64,000 nt of DNA from Macrostomum lignano (lineage: Eukaryota), in the NCBI GenBank assembly GCA_002269645.1, contig NIVC01000140.1, positions 372,001 to 436,000 of the forward strand. The letters are read 5' to 3'. The translations under genes were made by a program, and so were the position numbers. Position 1 is the first letter of the stretch. Every line of letters begins with the position of its first letter. This document shows positions 10,651 to 22,958 of this stretch, piece by piece. Under the pieces are notes generated by a model, which saw only the letters and a list, made by a program, of their open reading frames with translations, ran no database searches and was not told the DNA's origin.

Positions 10651-13330
10651 GCTCGGCCACCGGCTGGTGCCGCCAATTCAAGCAGATTTAAATAAAAATT
10701 GCAGTTCCCGTGCGCGCGCCATAAAGCAAAATCATTGGTGATTTTGCCCCGGACAAAAAAGCCCCGGACAAAGGAGACGATGCAAAAGCGAAAAAGTTGG
10801 GCTGGGCTGACTGGCTGCAGGCGGATTCGGGGTACTTAAAAAGCTCTTCAGCTTAATCGAATTGATGTAACCACGCTCTGGTCGCGGGATAGGGCATGAG
10901 AACTTTTTCGAAAGTACCTCCTATCCCGTGCACCCCCTGCACAGAGCTGTCGAGACTCGGCCAGGTCTCCGACCAGGCCTGGAGACTCCTGCTCTGCTGC
11001 ACCCCCCTGCTGCCTTGGTTCCATTTCCCCTGCCGCCACACCTGCCTTTCCGGAGCTCCCTACCCCTCTCTGTACCTCCCCCTCTACCCTATCTCTTCTG
11101 TTTTCCGCCCTAGTCTGCGTGTACTTTCCCTATCTCCCCTCTTTTTGTCTCCCTCTGCACTCTTTTCCTGCACTGTCCCCTCTTTCTCTGTGTCTACTCA
11201 CAGTATTTTGTGTGCTCACCGTCTCCCCATCCCCTCTCAAACTCCCAAACGGTGACGCAAGTCATGTGACCCCTTCTCCCCCTCGGTGACTCATCAATGA
11301 CTCATCCCCCTCTCTTGCGCAACCTTTTCTCACGCCATTGTTCTCCTCCCCAAATTTCTCATGCGACACCCACCCCACCTCCGCTTCTATTGTTCTCGTT
11401 TTGATTCTTTTGTTCTTTTGTTCTCTCGACCCCCACCAATTATCACATTTTCTCCGATTTTCTCTTTCTTTTGTTCTCGTTTTCGCACCTAATTATCACC
11501 TTTTCCCCAATTTTTACTTTTCTATTGTTCTCAATTCTCCCCAATTATCCCCGGTTTCCAATTCCTTTGTTCTCGACCCCAGCCCTATTGTTCTCAATGT
11601 TTGCTTGCGCAATACTTTCGCGACCACCCGCTGCGCCAATTATCCCCCCACCCCGCCTCAGGATTGCGCAATTTCCCTATTTCTCATGTTGCTATGCCGG
11701 TCTCATGTTTCTCATCATGACTCATTCTGACGTCATTCGGCCGGCAGCCAATCAGAGAGAGGGAGTCATGAAAACGACCTTGGAGCGGCGGCTGGGAAGG
11801 CTATATAAGGAAGCGGTTTTCGGCATGAGAATCCTCAACTTTGGCCCTCCTTCGGGCTCCTAGTCTTTCTTTAGACTTGCTGTCAGACTGAGTTCTGACC
11901 CATTCGTCTATAAGACGAATCTCTGCCGATCCGCGGTCTGTTACCGCCAAGTTATCTTCAGCTCCCCAAGTGAGCTCGCCTATCGGCCAGCGGTCTGATA
12001 CCGCCCAGCATCATCAGCATCGCCTGATCTACACCAGCGCATCGTCGCTTCAGCGCATCGCCGCTTCACTGTCTGCCTGACTGCAGCCTACAGCCGCCCT
12101 CGGTCACTCCGCCTCTCTCTCTCTCTGTGCAGCTGCCGGTAAGTTCCTATTACTAGTTTGTGCTCTAATTGCCTTTGCTTATCCGGGGTTTGCCTATTTT
12201 TCCATTGTCTGATTAGAGAGCTGAGCCGATTGTGATACCGTAACTTTTGCTGTATTTTACTCAATAGTGAAGCCGCCTAATTGCCTGATTAATTGCCTAA
12301 GGGCCTAATTATTAACTATTAACTAACTCCATCATTATTCGCTCTTTCACCATCTTTTCACTCATGGCTTGCTAAGCCTTTCTCCCGGGGTGGCAAAGCA
12401 TAAGGAAGTTGGGTAAGCTAATGGCCTCTCCCCGTGCAAAGCCCGCCTGTGAGTGCGTGCTGCGGGGCCGTGTGTGCGTGCAGTAGAGGGATTAGCGAGT
12501 CTTGGCACAGAATGGCAGTAGGAAGGTTGCAACCCCATGCTGACGCGTCCCTTCACCCTGAGCAATCTAAACTATAGACAGTACATGTTCGCCTCATACT
12601 ACTCTTAGTAATCAAAGTTGCAAGTCAGCCTCGCTCACAGCCACAAAGGATCCCCTGCTGAGAAATCCTCCAGATTGAGCAGAGTCCCTGTACTCGGCTG
12701 CATGTGTCTCCCCTGTTAGCCTAAATCCCCTGGTAACCAACCAAGGCGGGGCTCTAGCCTCGAGAGGTCTGGTAGTAAGATCCAGGTGCGCCAGGTCACA
12801 TAGAATGGTGGCAGCCACTCGGTCATACTATGACCGAGTGACCAACTATTGCACCTTGGCTACAGGTGGGGTCCATGTGGGTCCTTGGCCCTCTGGTCAC
12901 AAAGCGCTACCAAAGCTATCAATCATGTGGGCGAGACAGTCTGGTGCTGGAGGTCCGTCAGGTCATTGCCCGGTCATAGGCAGCCTACGGTCATTGCCCC
13001 CTCTAGTCATGCGTTCGTCTCTCAACGGAGCGGACAGGCGACAAGGGCGGTTACATCAGAATGACTAATGGTAATATGCAAGAGCGCTCTCTGACTGGCT
13101 CTGTGTCTCAAAAATTCCGGTGCAGTGCCATCTCAAATGTGGGCTATAATTAAAGTAAAAAATCGCAAGCTTCATCATCCCCTCTCATCAGTTTCTCGAT
13201 CAAGAAGCAAATTTAAAAGCTTTGCGATTCAATGAGAAACTGGCAATTCCAGGCTGACAGATCCGCCGACCTTCGGAGTGACGCGCTGACAACTTCGACA
13301 GTTGGATGCTGGCTGTGTCAGCCGTGTCAG

Positions 13331-13561
13331 CTGTGTCAGCAGGACTAGAGGAAACTGTCAGCAGGGAGACTGGCTGTGTCAGCAGGACTAGAGGAAACTG
13401 TCAGCAGGGAGACTGGCTGTGTCAGCAGGACTAGAGGAAACTGTCAGCAGGGAGACTGGCTGTGTCAGCAGGACTAGAGGAAACTGTCAGCAGGGAGACT
13501 GGCTGTGTCAGCAGGACTAGAGGAAACTGTCAGCAGGGAGACTGGCTGTGTCAGCAGGACT
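13331..13561. repeat. Minisatellite, 43-bp unit, ~5 copies
   Basis: AGGACTAGAG recurs at 13341, 13384, 13427, 13470 and 13513. Confidence 0.95.
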
Positions 13562-14936
13562 ATAGGGAACAATTTTGCGCTGCACTGTCTCGCAAAAGCA
13601 ATTTGACAATTTTCAAATGTTTTGCGGACTTCAACCAACTCGCCCGTCAGACAGTCTGCCCCATTATAAAAAGCAGCTGGGCCCTAAAAATAGGCCGCCT
13701 GACAGCTCCACACGAGCTGTGACAAAAGCAAATTGGCAAGTCTGCTGCCACTAAAAGCAATCTCTCCTAGAGAAACGTCCAAGCCAATTATCGCACCTGT
13801 GTAATGCCTCGCGCCAGTCTCAGACAGAAATGGCGCCAGACTCATCAGTCATAAAAAACTGTTGCTGCCTGCAGGAGGGACGCCGTAAAGAACGCAGCTT
13901 TTTAATCACCGAGGGGCATCAGCGCCGAGTGCGACTCTAATGGTGGTCTGTGGGGCGAGTCGCAGCCCGTGTGATTGACAGCCCCGCTAATGCCTACCTG
14001 GGCCCGGCCGGGTCTTGAGAGCGGCAGCGATGATGCTGTGCAGCATCAGTCAGTTTCTGATGGTGTAAAAACAGCCCCGATGCTGGCTGTGTTTGCTGAG
14101 AGCAAACAGCCTCAGTGTCTACCCCGCAGCAGCATTGTTGCCATTCGGTGAGCACTGGCAGCCTCTTGCTGGCGCGCCGAACCACTTTGCTCAGGTGGGC
14201 AGCTCAGGCAGTGCCGTGTTTGCCAAGGCCTGGTCAGGTGCGGGTGACTGCTGCTGTTTCTTGGAAACCTACTTAATCGCTTTGTGATCGCTTGGTTGGC
14301 CTATTTTTAAAACAATAAAAAATCCGAACGATGAAGGATTGAGGGAAGCTGAGACCTGCCTAAGCTGGGGGGGGGGTAAGTGATGAGGCTCAATAATTCT
14401 GCAGCGGCGCGGGATGGCTGGCTTCAGCAGCAGGAAATCCAACTTCGGTCATTTGATGACGGACTGGAGGCAGCAGCTCAGACGAAGCTGGGACATTTTT
14501 GGATCCGCCTACGGTTTCTTTGGGAATAAAGAATCTCAAAGAGCCTCTGAAATAGCCGAAGAACTCCGCGGTGGATCCAAAGATCGAACCTCTTCTCTTC
14601 ATCCCGACTGTCAGCTTCCATGGCTTCGGAGTCGGGCATCTGGAGAGATCAGTTTCAAGATCAATTGTAGTGAAACTAAATCTCAAAATCTGCACTTTGA
14701 AGTCACTTTCAGATCGCTAAACTCCCTAAAACGTTGCTTCCAGAGCCTTAATGGAATTCTCCTGTTGGAAATGCAAATTGCTGTCATTTAACTGTCGGCA
14801 TCCCCAATTTACTCTAAGACGCTAGCTAAGACTATATTCTGACAATTGTTAAACCGAAATGAAGGGCTTTTGCGAGAATCATAGATAAAACTTTGACAAA
14901 TTAAGATGCAAGTATTAGACAACAATGTAGACTACC

Positions 14937-15496
<560 letters not shown>

Positions 15497-15497
15497 T

Positions 15498-15909
<412 letters not shown>

Positions 15910-16010
15910 GGCACACTGTACTTTCAAGAAATAGGAAAAGGAAAATCAGGACTAGCAAAATCATTGCTAGGAGAATCAAATTATTTTGGCCTAAAGGAGT
16001 TACGAGCGTA

Positions 16011-16320
16011 TGTGTCTGCAGCTGACATGGCCGGAGATTGCATGTGTCTGCAGCTGACATGGCCGGAGATTGCATGTGTCTGCAGCAGACATGGCCGGAG
16101 ATTGCATGTGTCTGCAGCTGACAGTGCCGGAGATTCCAGGTGTCTGCAGCAGACATGGCCGGAGATTCCAGGTGTCTGCAGCTGACAGTGCCGGAGATTC
16201 CAGGTGTCTGCAGCTGACAAGGCCGGAGATTGCAGGTGTCTGCAGCTGACATGGCCGGAGATCGGAGGTGTCTGCAGCTGACAAGGCCGGAGATTGGGCT
16301 GTCCGCAGCTGACATGCAGC
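16011..16320. repeat. Minisatellite, 32-bp unit, ~10 copies
   Basis: TGTGTCTGCAGCTGACATGGCCGGAGATTGCA in tandem. Confidence 0.95.
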
Positions 16321-16885
16321 TAATGTTTTTCAAAGTGACAGTGTAAAAACTATTGCAATTGATCTCGGCAATCCAAACTAGACTGAGTGATGGCAAATAG
16401 CATTCAATTCTTTTGTATCTCAACGCAAGGACGGCTTACTTACAAATAAAATGCATTCTTAAGCCCATAATAAAGTGTTTTAGCCGTCAGCGGTTTACAA
16501 TGCTGCCCAAATTCAGGATAAAACACGAGTGATCGAAAATATTGCAAGTACTCTGTGCATAGCTGCTCAGACTCACAAGTCTTATCTCGGGTAAGAGAAT
16601 TTCGGGGTGGGCGCACCGCGCATTCAAGTGACGCGAACGGGCCAAGATTCGTCCAATGTAAATTAATTGTACGCTGCCACAAATGCAGTACGTACTCTCG
16701 TACACTCCAGCACGTTGCTATGGGAACACAAGAGAGACCATAGCGGGAGGAATTGTGCATTCAAAGGTAAAAATGATTCCCACGCTGGCTTGCCAGGGTT
16801 TAACTGGAAGCAATTAAAAGCAGGAGCAGGCCTTTCTAATTTTTCTCAGGCCATCTCTGAGTCCGCCGAATTCAGCACCGCAACA

Positions 16886-19126
16886 ATGGACAGCGCGAGC
16901 AAGCATGAGGATGGCAGCGCCAAGCAGCGGCTGCCCAGCGCGAGCAAGCAAGAGGATGGCAGCGCCAAGCAGCGGCTGCCCAGCGCGAGCAAGCAAGAGG
17001 ATGGCAGCGTCAAGCAGCGGCTGCCCAGCGCGAGCAAGCAAGATGATGGCAGCGTCAAGCAGCGGCTGCCCAGCGCGAGCAAGCAAGATGATGGCAGCGC
17101 CAAGCAGCGGCTGCCCAGCGCGAGCAAGCAAGAGGATGGCAGCGCCAAGCAGCGGCTGCCCAGCGCGAGCAAGCAAGAGGATGGCAGCGCCAAGCAGCGG
17201 CTGGCAGTGCTGGTGTGCGGACACTCCGCCAGTCGCCAGTGGCTGATTGCGGCCTCTGAAAAGTTACAGGCGGCCAGCGGCGGACATATCGAATGCCGTG
17301 AGGCCACAGAGGTGGCGCCTCGCAGCCTTCGCGCCCGCGCCCGCCTCGTACAGGCGAGCGGAGCGGCGCTGGTGCTGGCTGAAGCGCGACTGCAGCGGAG
17401 TCCAATTCTAATGGAGCTGATCAACTTCATCCATGCCAGCGGCTTGCCAATCGCAGTGCTGCTGGTGCAGAGCTTCTACGAGCCTAGTGGCGCCCTGGCC
17501 GCCATCGGCACCGCGCATGACTGCATCCTCAGTGGCGCCGGAGATCCAGCCTCCGACTGGGCCAGCCGGGCGGCCTCGCACCTGATGTCCCGCGCTAAGC
17601 CGGTGCGAGCCACCGCGGCCGCTGGCGCAACTGACGACGCAGACGAGAAGCAGCTGGTTGGAGTGGAGGCGGCCAGCAAGGCGGGTGGGTCGGGGGTTTT
17701 CCTCTCCTACCAGCCAGACGGGGAGAAGGCGGTTGCACTGGTCCAGGCCAGTCTTAGCACCGCCGTCCGCTGCAGACCGGACCGCCGAAACCGGGAGGCC
17801 ATCGAAGCGTGCCGTGTGTTCGTTGCCATAATGTCTCCCGGGTACGAGGCCAGTGCCGACTCGCTGCACGATCTTGACTTCGCCCGCCTGCGCCGGAAAG
17901 AGGTGGTGCCGGTGAACGCCGTGCCGAAGGCGCAGAAGTGGCGACCCTCCGGCTGGCTGGCGCTGGCAGTGGCCGGCCGGCTGTACCACCGACTATCGGA
18001 CGAGGCGTCGGCGGTGGAGCAGCACTACGACTCCACACCGCTGAAGGACTTTGTTGCCGCTGTTCAGGCTGGCCTACAGGACAGACCGACTGAGGAGGAA
18101 GCCGAGGCGGCCGAAGTTCGGGCCCTGACCGCTGAGGCGGAGGCCTGCAAGAAGGAGCTGCTTGACTTGGGGGGCACTTGGCCGCCCGCCGAAAAGTCAA
18201 CAGCGATGGAGCTTAGTCAGGCTTTTAAGCACTTGACGGTGGAGGAGAGCCAGCCAAAGACGCAGGCCAACCTTCCGTACAACCTGATCCAATATAGCGT
18301 AACTCGAATGTCGCTGGAGCCGCCGAAGCCGCTATTTGACGCCAGAGGCGTGCCGATCATCCGCAGCTTTGACGCGATGCTGTCCTACCAGTGGGCATCG
18401 CAGGACTTGGTGCGGACGTTTCGCGAGCAGCTCAGCGTGTACAATGTGGACGCCTGGATGGACATCTGGGGTGGCATGCAGGGAAATGTCAACGACAGCA
18501 TGGCTAGGGCGGTGGAGAGCTCCAGGATGCTCGTCTGCTTCTTCACTGCCAAGTACCAGCAGTCAGCCAACTGTCTGCTAGAGCTGAAGTACGCGGTGCG
18601 TAGAGACCGGCCGCTTCTCTTCCTGCAGGTGGAGCCATCGACCCGGCCGCTGGACTGGGTGTCCGAGCTCATGGCCAAATCAGTTGTGATTCCCTTCACT
18701 GGGATGAGCGACGCTCCCAAGCTCGAGGACGGAATTCCTCGGTTGGTCCGCGTCATCGAGACGGTCAAGAAGGTCTCGGCTCATGAAGCGCTGCGACCGC
18801 GCAGGCGAGAAGACGTCAGCGAGGAGGTCTACCGGCTTGAGAGGCAGATTAGCGCCGCCAAGGACGCCATCCACGAGCTGAAGGGCACTCAGCGGTTCAG
18901 CACCTGCAGTCGCTGCTCGGTGAAATACGACCCGACATCGGTGGGTTCCGATTCCTGTGCCAAGCACTCCGCCTACTACATCGGGGGCAACATCATGGCT
19001 GGGCGTTGGGTCTGCTGCAGCCAGACGGACACGAAGGCGCCGGGCTGCAGCAAGGCGCCGCACATCAGCGAGCCCCGACAGTGGGCCACCATCACCGGCG
19101 GCGCCAAGAAGTGGCTTCCCGAGTAG
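16886..19126 (+). CDS. Intronless multi-TIR-domain protein with C-terminal CHORD/BTK-like Zn finger (~746 aa)
   Basis: Canonical TIR FDAMLSYQW...AWMDI..GM.G....SMARAVESS....TAKYQQSANCLLELKYA. Second TIR VFLSYQ...AIEACRVFVAIMSPGY. A third, degenerate TIR lies upstream. C-terminal CSRC...CAKH...WVCC...GC...H. Start at ATG 16886 is inferred; the ORF is open from 16667. Confidence 0.85.
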   Translation: MDSASKHEDGSAKQRLPSASKQEDGSAKQRLPSASKQEDGSVKQRLPSASKQDDGSVKQRLPSASKQDDGSAKQRLPSASKQEDGSAKQRLPSASKQEDGSAKQRLAVLVCGHSASRQWLIAASEKLQAASGGHIECREATEVAPRSLRARARLVQASGAALVLAEARLQRSPILMELINFIHASGLPIAVLLVQSFYEPSGALAAIGTAHDCILSGAGDPASDWASRAASHLMSRAKPVRATAAAGATDDADEKQLVGVEAASKAGGSGVFLSYQPDGEKAVALVQASLSTAVRCRPDRRNREAIEACRVFVAIMSPGYEASADSLHDLDFARLRRKEVVPVNAVPKAQKWRPSGWLALAVAGRLYHRLSDEASAVEQHYDSTPLKDFVAAVQAGLQDRPTEEEAEAAEVRALTAEAEACKKELLDLGGTWPPAEKSTAMELSQAFKHLTVEESQPKTQANLPYNLIQYSVTRMSLEPPKPLFDARGVPIIRSFDAMLSYQWASQDLVRTFREQLSVYNVDAWMDIWGGMQGNVNDSMARAVESSRMLVCFFTAKYQQSANCLLELKYAVRRDRPLLFLQVEPSTRPLDWVSELMAKSVVIPFTGMSDAPKLEDGIPRLVRVIETVKKVSAHEALRPRRREDVSEEVYRLERQISAAKDAIHELKGTQRFSTCSRCSVKYDPTSVGSDSCAKHSAYYIGGNIMAGRWVCCSQTDTKAPGCSKAPHISEPRQWATITGGAKKWLPE
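16891..17203 (+). repeat. In-frame coding minisatellite, 45 bp (15 aa) x7
   Basis: PSASKQEDGSAKQRL repeated; period 45 nt. Confidence 0.95.
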
Positions 19127-20286
19127 CAACTGAGCCGTCACAGTTGCTCTCTCCACTGAGTCAGGTCACCCCTCTGCATGTCTAGTTTCAGAAGCTGCTC
19201 AGCATCTGCTGGGACCAGTTTTGAGCTGGGCAGCTAACTTTGAGCAAATTAGAAGTCAAGTCCTATTTTTGCATTGACTTATCGCCTGTTGCGTTGCAAT
19301 CGGTAAAAGTAAAATAAAACGACGAAAGTATACGAAGTGGATTCTTAACTAATACAAGCAGACTAATGAAGGAAGTGATGAGGACGCACTTTTTTCCAAA
19401 TTTCACGCTCGCACATGGGTTCCAAACTTGCTAGCCTACTAACAGCAGGCTATGGGCGTTTTTCTCCCTCTTTTGCAATTTTTCTAGAATTCATACTAGT
19501 AGGACTTCTGTAGCTCTATTAATCTGCCATACTTGTGGTTATGGTAACATGGGCGCGGTTTTTGCTGCTCATAAATCATTGCGTCTGAGCTGGTCTGACA
19601 GCCACCTGCGCCTCACTCAGTGCTGGGGCTGGCGCCGGATGGTCTGAGAGGATGCGGGCGGTGGCTTTTTCTCATCATTTGACAGGCCATCGAGATTTAT
19701 GAGGTCAGGGCCTATTGTTCGTGTTCACTCAAGCGCGTGACAGCTTTGACAGCTATGCGTTTTACCCCTAAAAGTACGTTGGGATTAGCGATTAGCGATT
19801 CCTCTTCATTATCTTCACTTTCTACTCAATAAGAGCTTTCCAATGTATATTTTTTCATTAATTTTTGTCATTTCTACGCGAAAGGTCATAAATCATTACG
19901 TAGCGATTTTGAGTGATTTATGAACGCACTTGTCGTGTTTTTATGGCCCCGAAGGAACTGATAGGATCTCTTGGTCCCGTGAGTTTGGGTGGCAATAAGC
20001 TCAGCCAATCAGAAAATTCGACGTGCGTTATAACAAATCGGCTCAGCCAATCAGAATCGAGGTGTTCCATTATAACAAATTGCGGTCCAGTTGGCGGCTA
20101 TAAAAACCGGCGTTTTTGACCCGCTCGGACTTCAACTTGGCCGGTCACCTGTCACCTGACACCCGGCCGCTACTCGCGACCGTCGTCTCTTGATCCCCGG
20201 ATCGCGACTTCCCCCCATCACCATCAAGGACGAATTCCCACGGTCGTCAGCAGCGAACATCAAAGTTGAGAGCATCACCTGCTAGC

Positions 20287-20535
20287 TGTTCTGTTGTTGA
20301 ATTAACGAACGCAGAAACAAGATAGATAATTATCCGGGCGCTCAGTGGCACCAAAAGAGGGCTTGCCCAATAGGAGGGCGGCTCGTATATTTATGCACGC
20401 GGGGAAGGAAAGTTCTAGAAAGACCGGGGGAGGAAACTTCTGGAACAATGCGTAAACAAGTCCTGCTGTGGAAGTTTCTAGAAACCCTGTCCCCGAACTA
20501 TCCCTACGCATTGCATGCCTTTGCAATACACAACA
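20287..20535 (-). repeat. 3' LTR (249 bp)
   Basis: Near-identical to 22712-22958. Preceded on the minus strand by the purine tract GAAGGAGGGGAAGAA (20536-20550). Confidence 0.95.
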
Positions 20536-20574
20536 TTCTTCCCCTCCTTCAAGGAGTCCAACAGTCCCCAAGCT

Positions 20575-21310
20575 TCACTTTGATCGGTCCCAGCGGCAGT
20601 TCATGTAGCGTATCGGCGGGTGCCTGGCTCGCTCAGATCGGCGGGGCGCTGCTGTTCTTGCCGGAGGCTCCGCCGCCGGTGCCGCCGGTGCCGCCGTGCC
20701 GGCTCCGGTCGTTGGCGCCGAGTCCACCAGTGGGTCGAACCGCTCTCTAGGCTGTGCCGGGTGCGGCGTTCGGGTCAGCCGCTGCTGGTTCCACCTGGTG
20801 CCGTCGCTGAGCTCGAACGCGTGGTGTCCCGCCTGGCGGAGCACTTCTAGTGGCTGTGAGAGGCGGGTACCCAGTTTGCCCTTCTTGGTGGGCCGTCGGA
20901 TTCTCACCCACTCGCCGGGGTGGAACGTCTCGGGGCGGGCCCTTCGTCTGGCATCGGTGTAGGCCTTGATCCGCTGCTGCCGCGCCTCGATTTGCTGCCG
21001 CAGTGCCTGAGGCGTCGCCTCGGTCGTTGTCATTCCCCCTCCGGGAGACAGCATGGTGATCGCGGTGCGCCACTTCCGACCCAGCATGAGCTCGGCCGGT
21101 GACTTGCCCGTCAGGCTGTGCTTGGAGCTCCGGTAGGCAGACAAGAAGTTGGTCACGGCGTCTTGAAACGGCCTGTTCTCCGCCATGGCCGCTTTGATGC
21201 TGGCGAGCAGCGACCGATTGAGACGCTCCGTCTGGCCGTTGGTCTGCGGATGGTAGAGGCTGGTCTTGACGTGCCGGATGCCCTGCTCGGCCAGGAAGTC
21301 CGAGAACTCG
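20575..21310 (-). pseudogene. Integrase C-terminal fragment
   Basis: EFSDFLAEQGIRHVKTSLYHPQTNGQTERLNRSLL...YRSSKHSLTGKSPAELMLGR. N-terminus deleted and out of frame with gag-pro. Confidence 0.9.
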
Positions 21311-22698
21311 CTCGATGATGCCGTCCTTCTCCATCTTGTCGAGTTCGGCACCGACCTGCTCCTGTCGCATGAGGGGCAGGTGGCGGAGTGGCTGCTGGAC
21401 GGGTCGCACTGCTGGGTCGACCTTGGGCTGGTGTACAGCGCCGGCGCAGCATCCTATCGCACCGCTGAAGGTCGTTGGGTACCGCGCCTGCAAGTCCGCC
21501 GTCAAGTCGCTGACTTTCGCGATTCTGGGCGGCTGCCCGCTAAGGTCGACTCGGAAGCCCAGCTTCTCCATCAGGTCTCTACCGACGATGTTGTCGCCGC
21601 CTGGCGCAACGAAGAACCGGTGCTGCATCGCCTTGTCGCCGTAGCGCACCTCCAGCTCGGTGACACCACTTAGCTGGATTGGCAGTCCGCCGTAGGCACG
21701 CAGCTTCGTCGTAGTGGGAGAGGTGACTGCGCCTGAGATCCGGTCGGCGGTCTGTCGGGACAGCAGCGACACCCTTGCGCCGCAGTCCACCATCAGGCTG
21801 ACAGCTGTCCTGTCCGGCCCGAGTTCCAGCGTCGCCCGGACCTCCCTGTCGCCACCTGGCACTGTGTAGACTGTGATCACCTCGTCCGCGGCATTGACAG
21901 CAGCCTGCTGGCTGCGACAGCAACTCCAGAAGTGGTTCTTCTTGCCACAGGCGTCGCATGTCTTGCCCTTGGCCGGACAGGGGTTCGTCGGTCCGTGGTC
22001 TCGCCCACAGCGCGTGCAGGCGCCGCCGGGTTTGGCCGTCCTGCCAGCTGGTGCTGGGCGGTGCCTCCCTTTTGCAGCGACCTTCTGGCCCCTCGGCTGT
22101 CGGATCGATTGGACGGCAGCCGCCGTGCTAGACGTTGATGGCGCCATCGCCTTGGCTTCTTTGGAGGCTTCCTCGATGGAGACCGCGATCCTGAGCGCTT
22201 TCTCCAGGTTGAGGTCCTCCACCTTCTCCATCAGCAGCCTCTCTCGGATTCTGGGGTTACTGGTCTTCTCAGCCAGCTGGTCTCTGATGAGATCGTCCTG
22301 TATCGCGCCGTAGTTGCACAGCTCCGTCAGCTCCCTCAAGGCTGCCACGAAGGTCTTGACGTCCTCGCCGGGTAGCTGCTGGCGCTGGCGGAAGCGATAT
22401 CTGGCCACCATCACGTTGGGCTTCTCGCCGAAGATCTTCTCGAGCTCCGCCTTAGTTGCTGCGAACGTGTCGTTCTCCTTGATTGCTTGGCGTGCTCGAG
22501 CAACCCGCTGACCTTCGAATCCAAGCAGATGGAGCAGAAGGCTCCTCTTCAGCGGTTTCGCCTCTTCCTTCCCTTCGGGCTCCTTAAATTGGGCCGCCTC
22601 GTAATAAAATTCAAAGGCCTCAATCCATCGGCTCCATGGTACTGTCGGTGATCCGCAGTTCGCCAGGAAGGGCGTGGGTGCAGGGATGCTAGCCGCCA
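20747..22698 (-). CDS. Gag-protease ORF, continuing out of frame beyond the deletion at ~21310
   Basis: MAASIPAPTPF...WSRWIEAFEFY; CTRCGRDH and CDACGKKNHFWSCC knuckles; LMVDCGARVSLL protease; pre-RT segment ending EKDGIIERV. Confidence 0.85.
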
Positions 22699-22710
22699 TC
22701 CTCGTCGCCA
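22696..22710 (-). promoter_or_regulatory. Primer binding site TGGCGACGAGGATGG (tRNA-Ser(GCU)-like)
   Basis: Lies 1 nt inside the 5' LTR and is complementary to a tRNA 3' end CCAUCCUCGUCGCCA. tRNA identity is from recall. Confidence 0.8.
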
Positions 22711-22711
22711 A

Positions 22712-22958
22712 TGTTCTGTTGTTGAATTAACGAACGCAGAAACAAGATAGATAATTATCCGGGCGCTCAGTGGCACCAAAAGAGGGCTTGGCCAATAGGA
22801 GGGCGGCTCGTATATTTATGCACGCGGGGAAGGGGTTCTAGAAAGACCGGGGGAGGAAACTTCTGGAACAATGCGTAAACAAGTCCTGCTGTGGAAGTTT
22901 CTAGAAACCCTGTCCCCGAACTATCCCTACGCATTGCATGCCTTTGCAATACACAACA
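22712..22958 (-). repeat. 5' LTR (247 bp)
   Basis: Differs from the 3' LTR at two sites (TTGCCC vs TTGGCC; GGAAAGTT vs GGGGTT). Confidence 0.95.

Larger units (their letters stand above)
20287..22958 (-). mobile_element. Ty3/Gypsy (Mag-like) LTR retrotransposon, internally deleted (2672 bp)
   Basis: TG...CA LTRs at both ends, CTAGC TSD at 20282-20286 and 22959-22963, PBS and PPT present. Gag with two CCHC knuckles, protease, and the C-terminal part of integrase. RT and RNase H absent. Confidence 0.95.

Noticed and set aside
10149-10691. 180-aa SQSV-repeat ORF
   Set aside because: Microsatellite read-through.
12362-13068. Possible LINE remnant on the minus strand (RPLEARAPPW)
   Set aside because: No continuous frame or diagnostic RT/RNase H motif could be recovered.
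16886-19126. Bacterial contamination or recent horizontal transfer of the TIR gene
   Set aside because: GC-rich codon style matches the spliced host genes, flanks are eukaryotic repeats, and there is no operon or RBS context. Ancient transfer cannot be excluded without a phylogeny.
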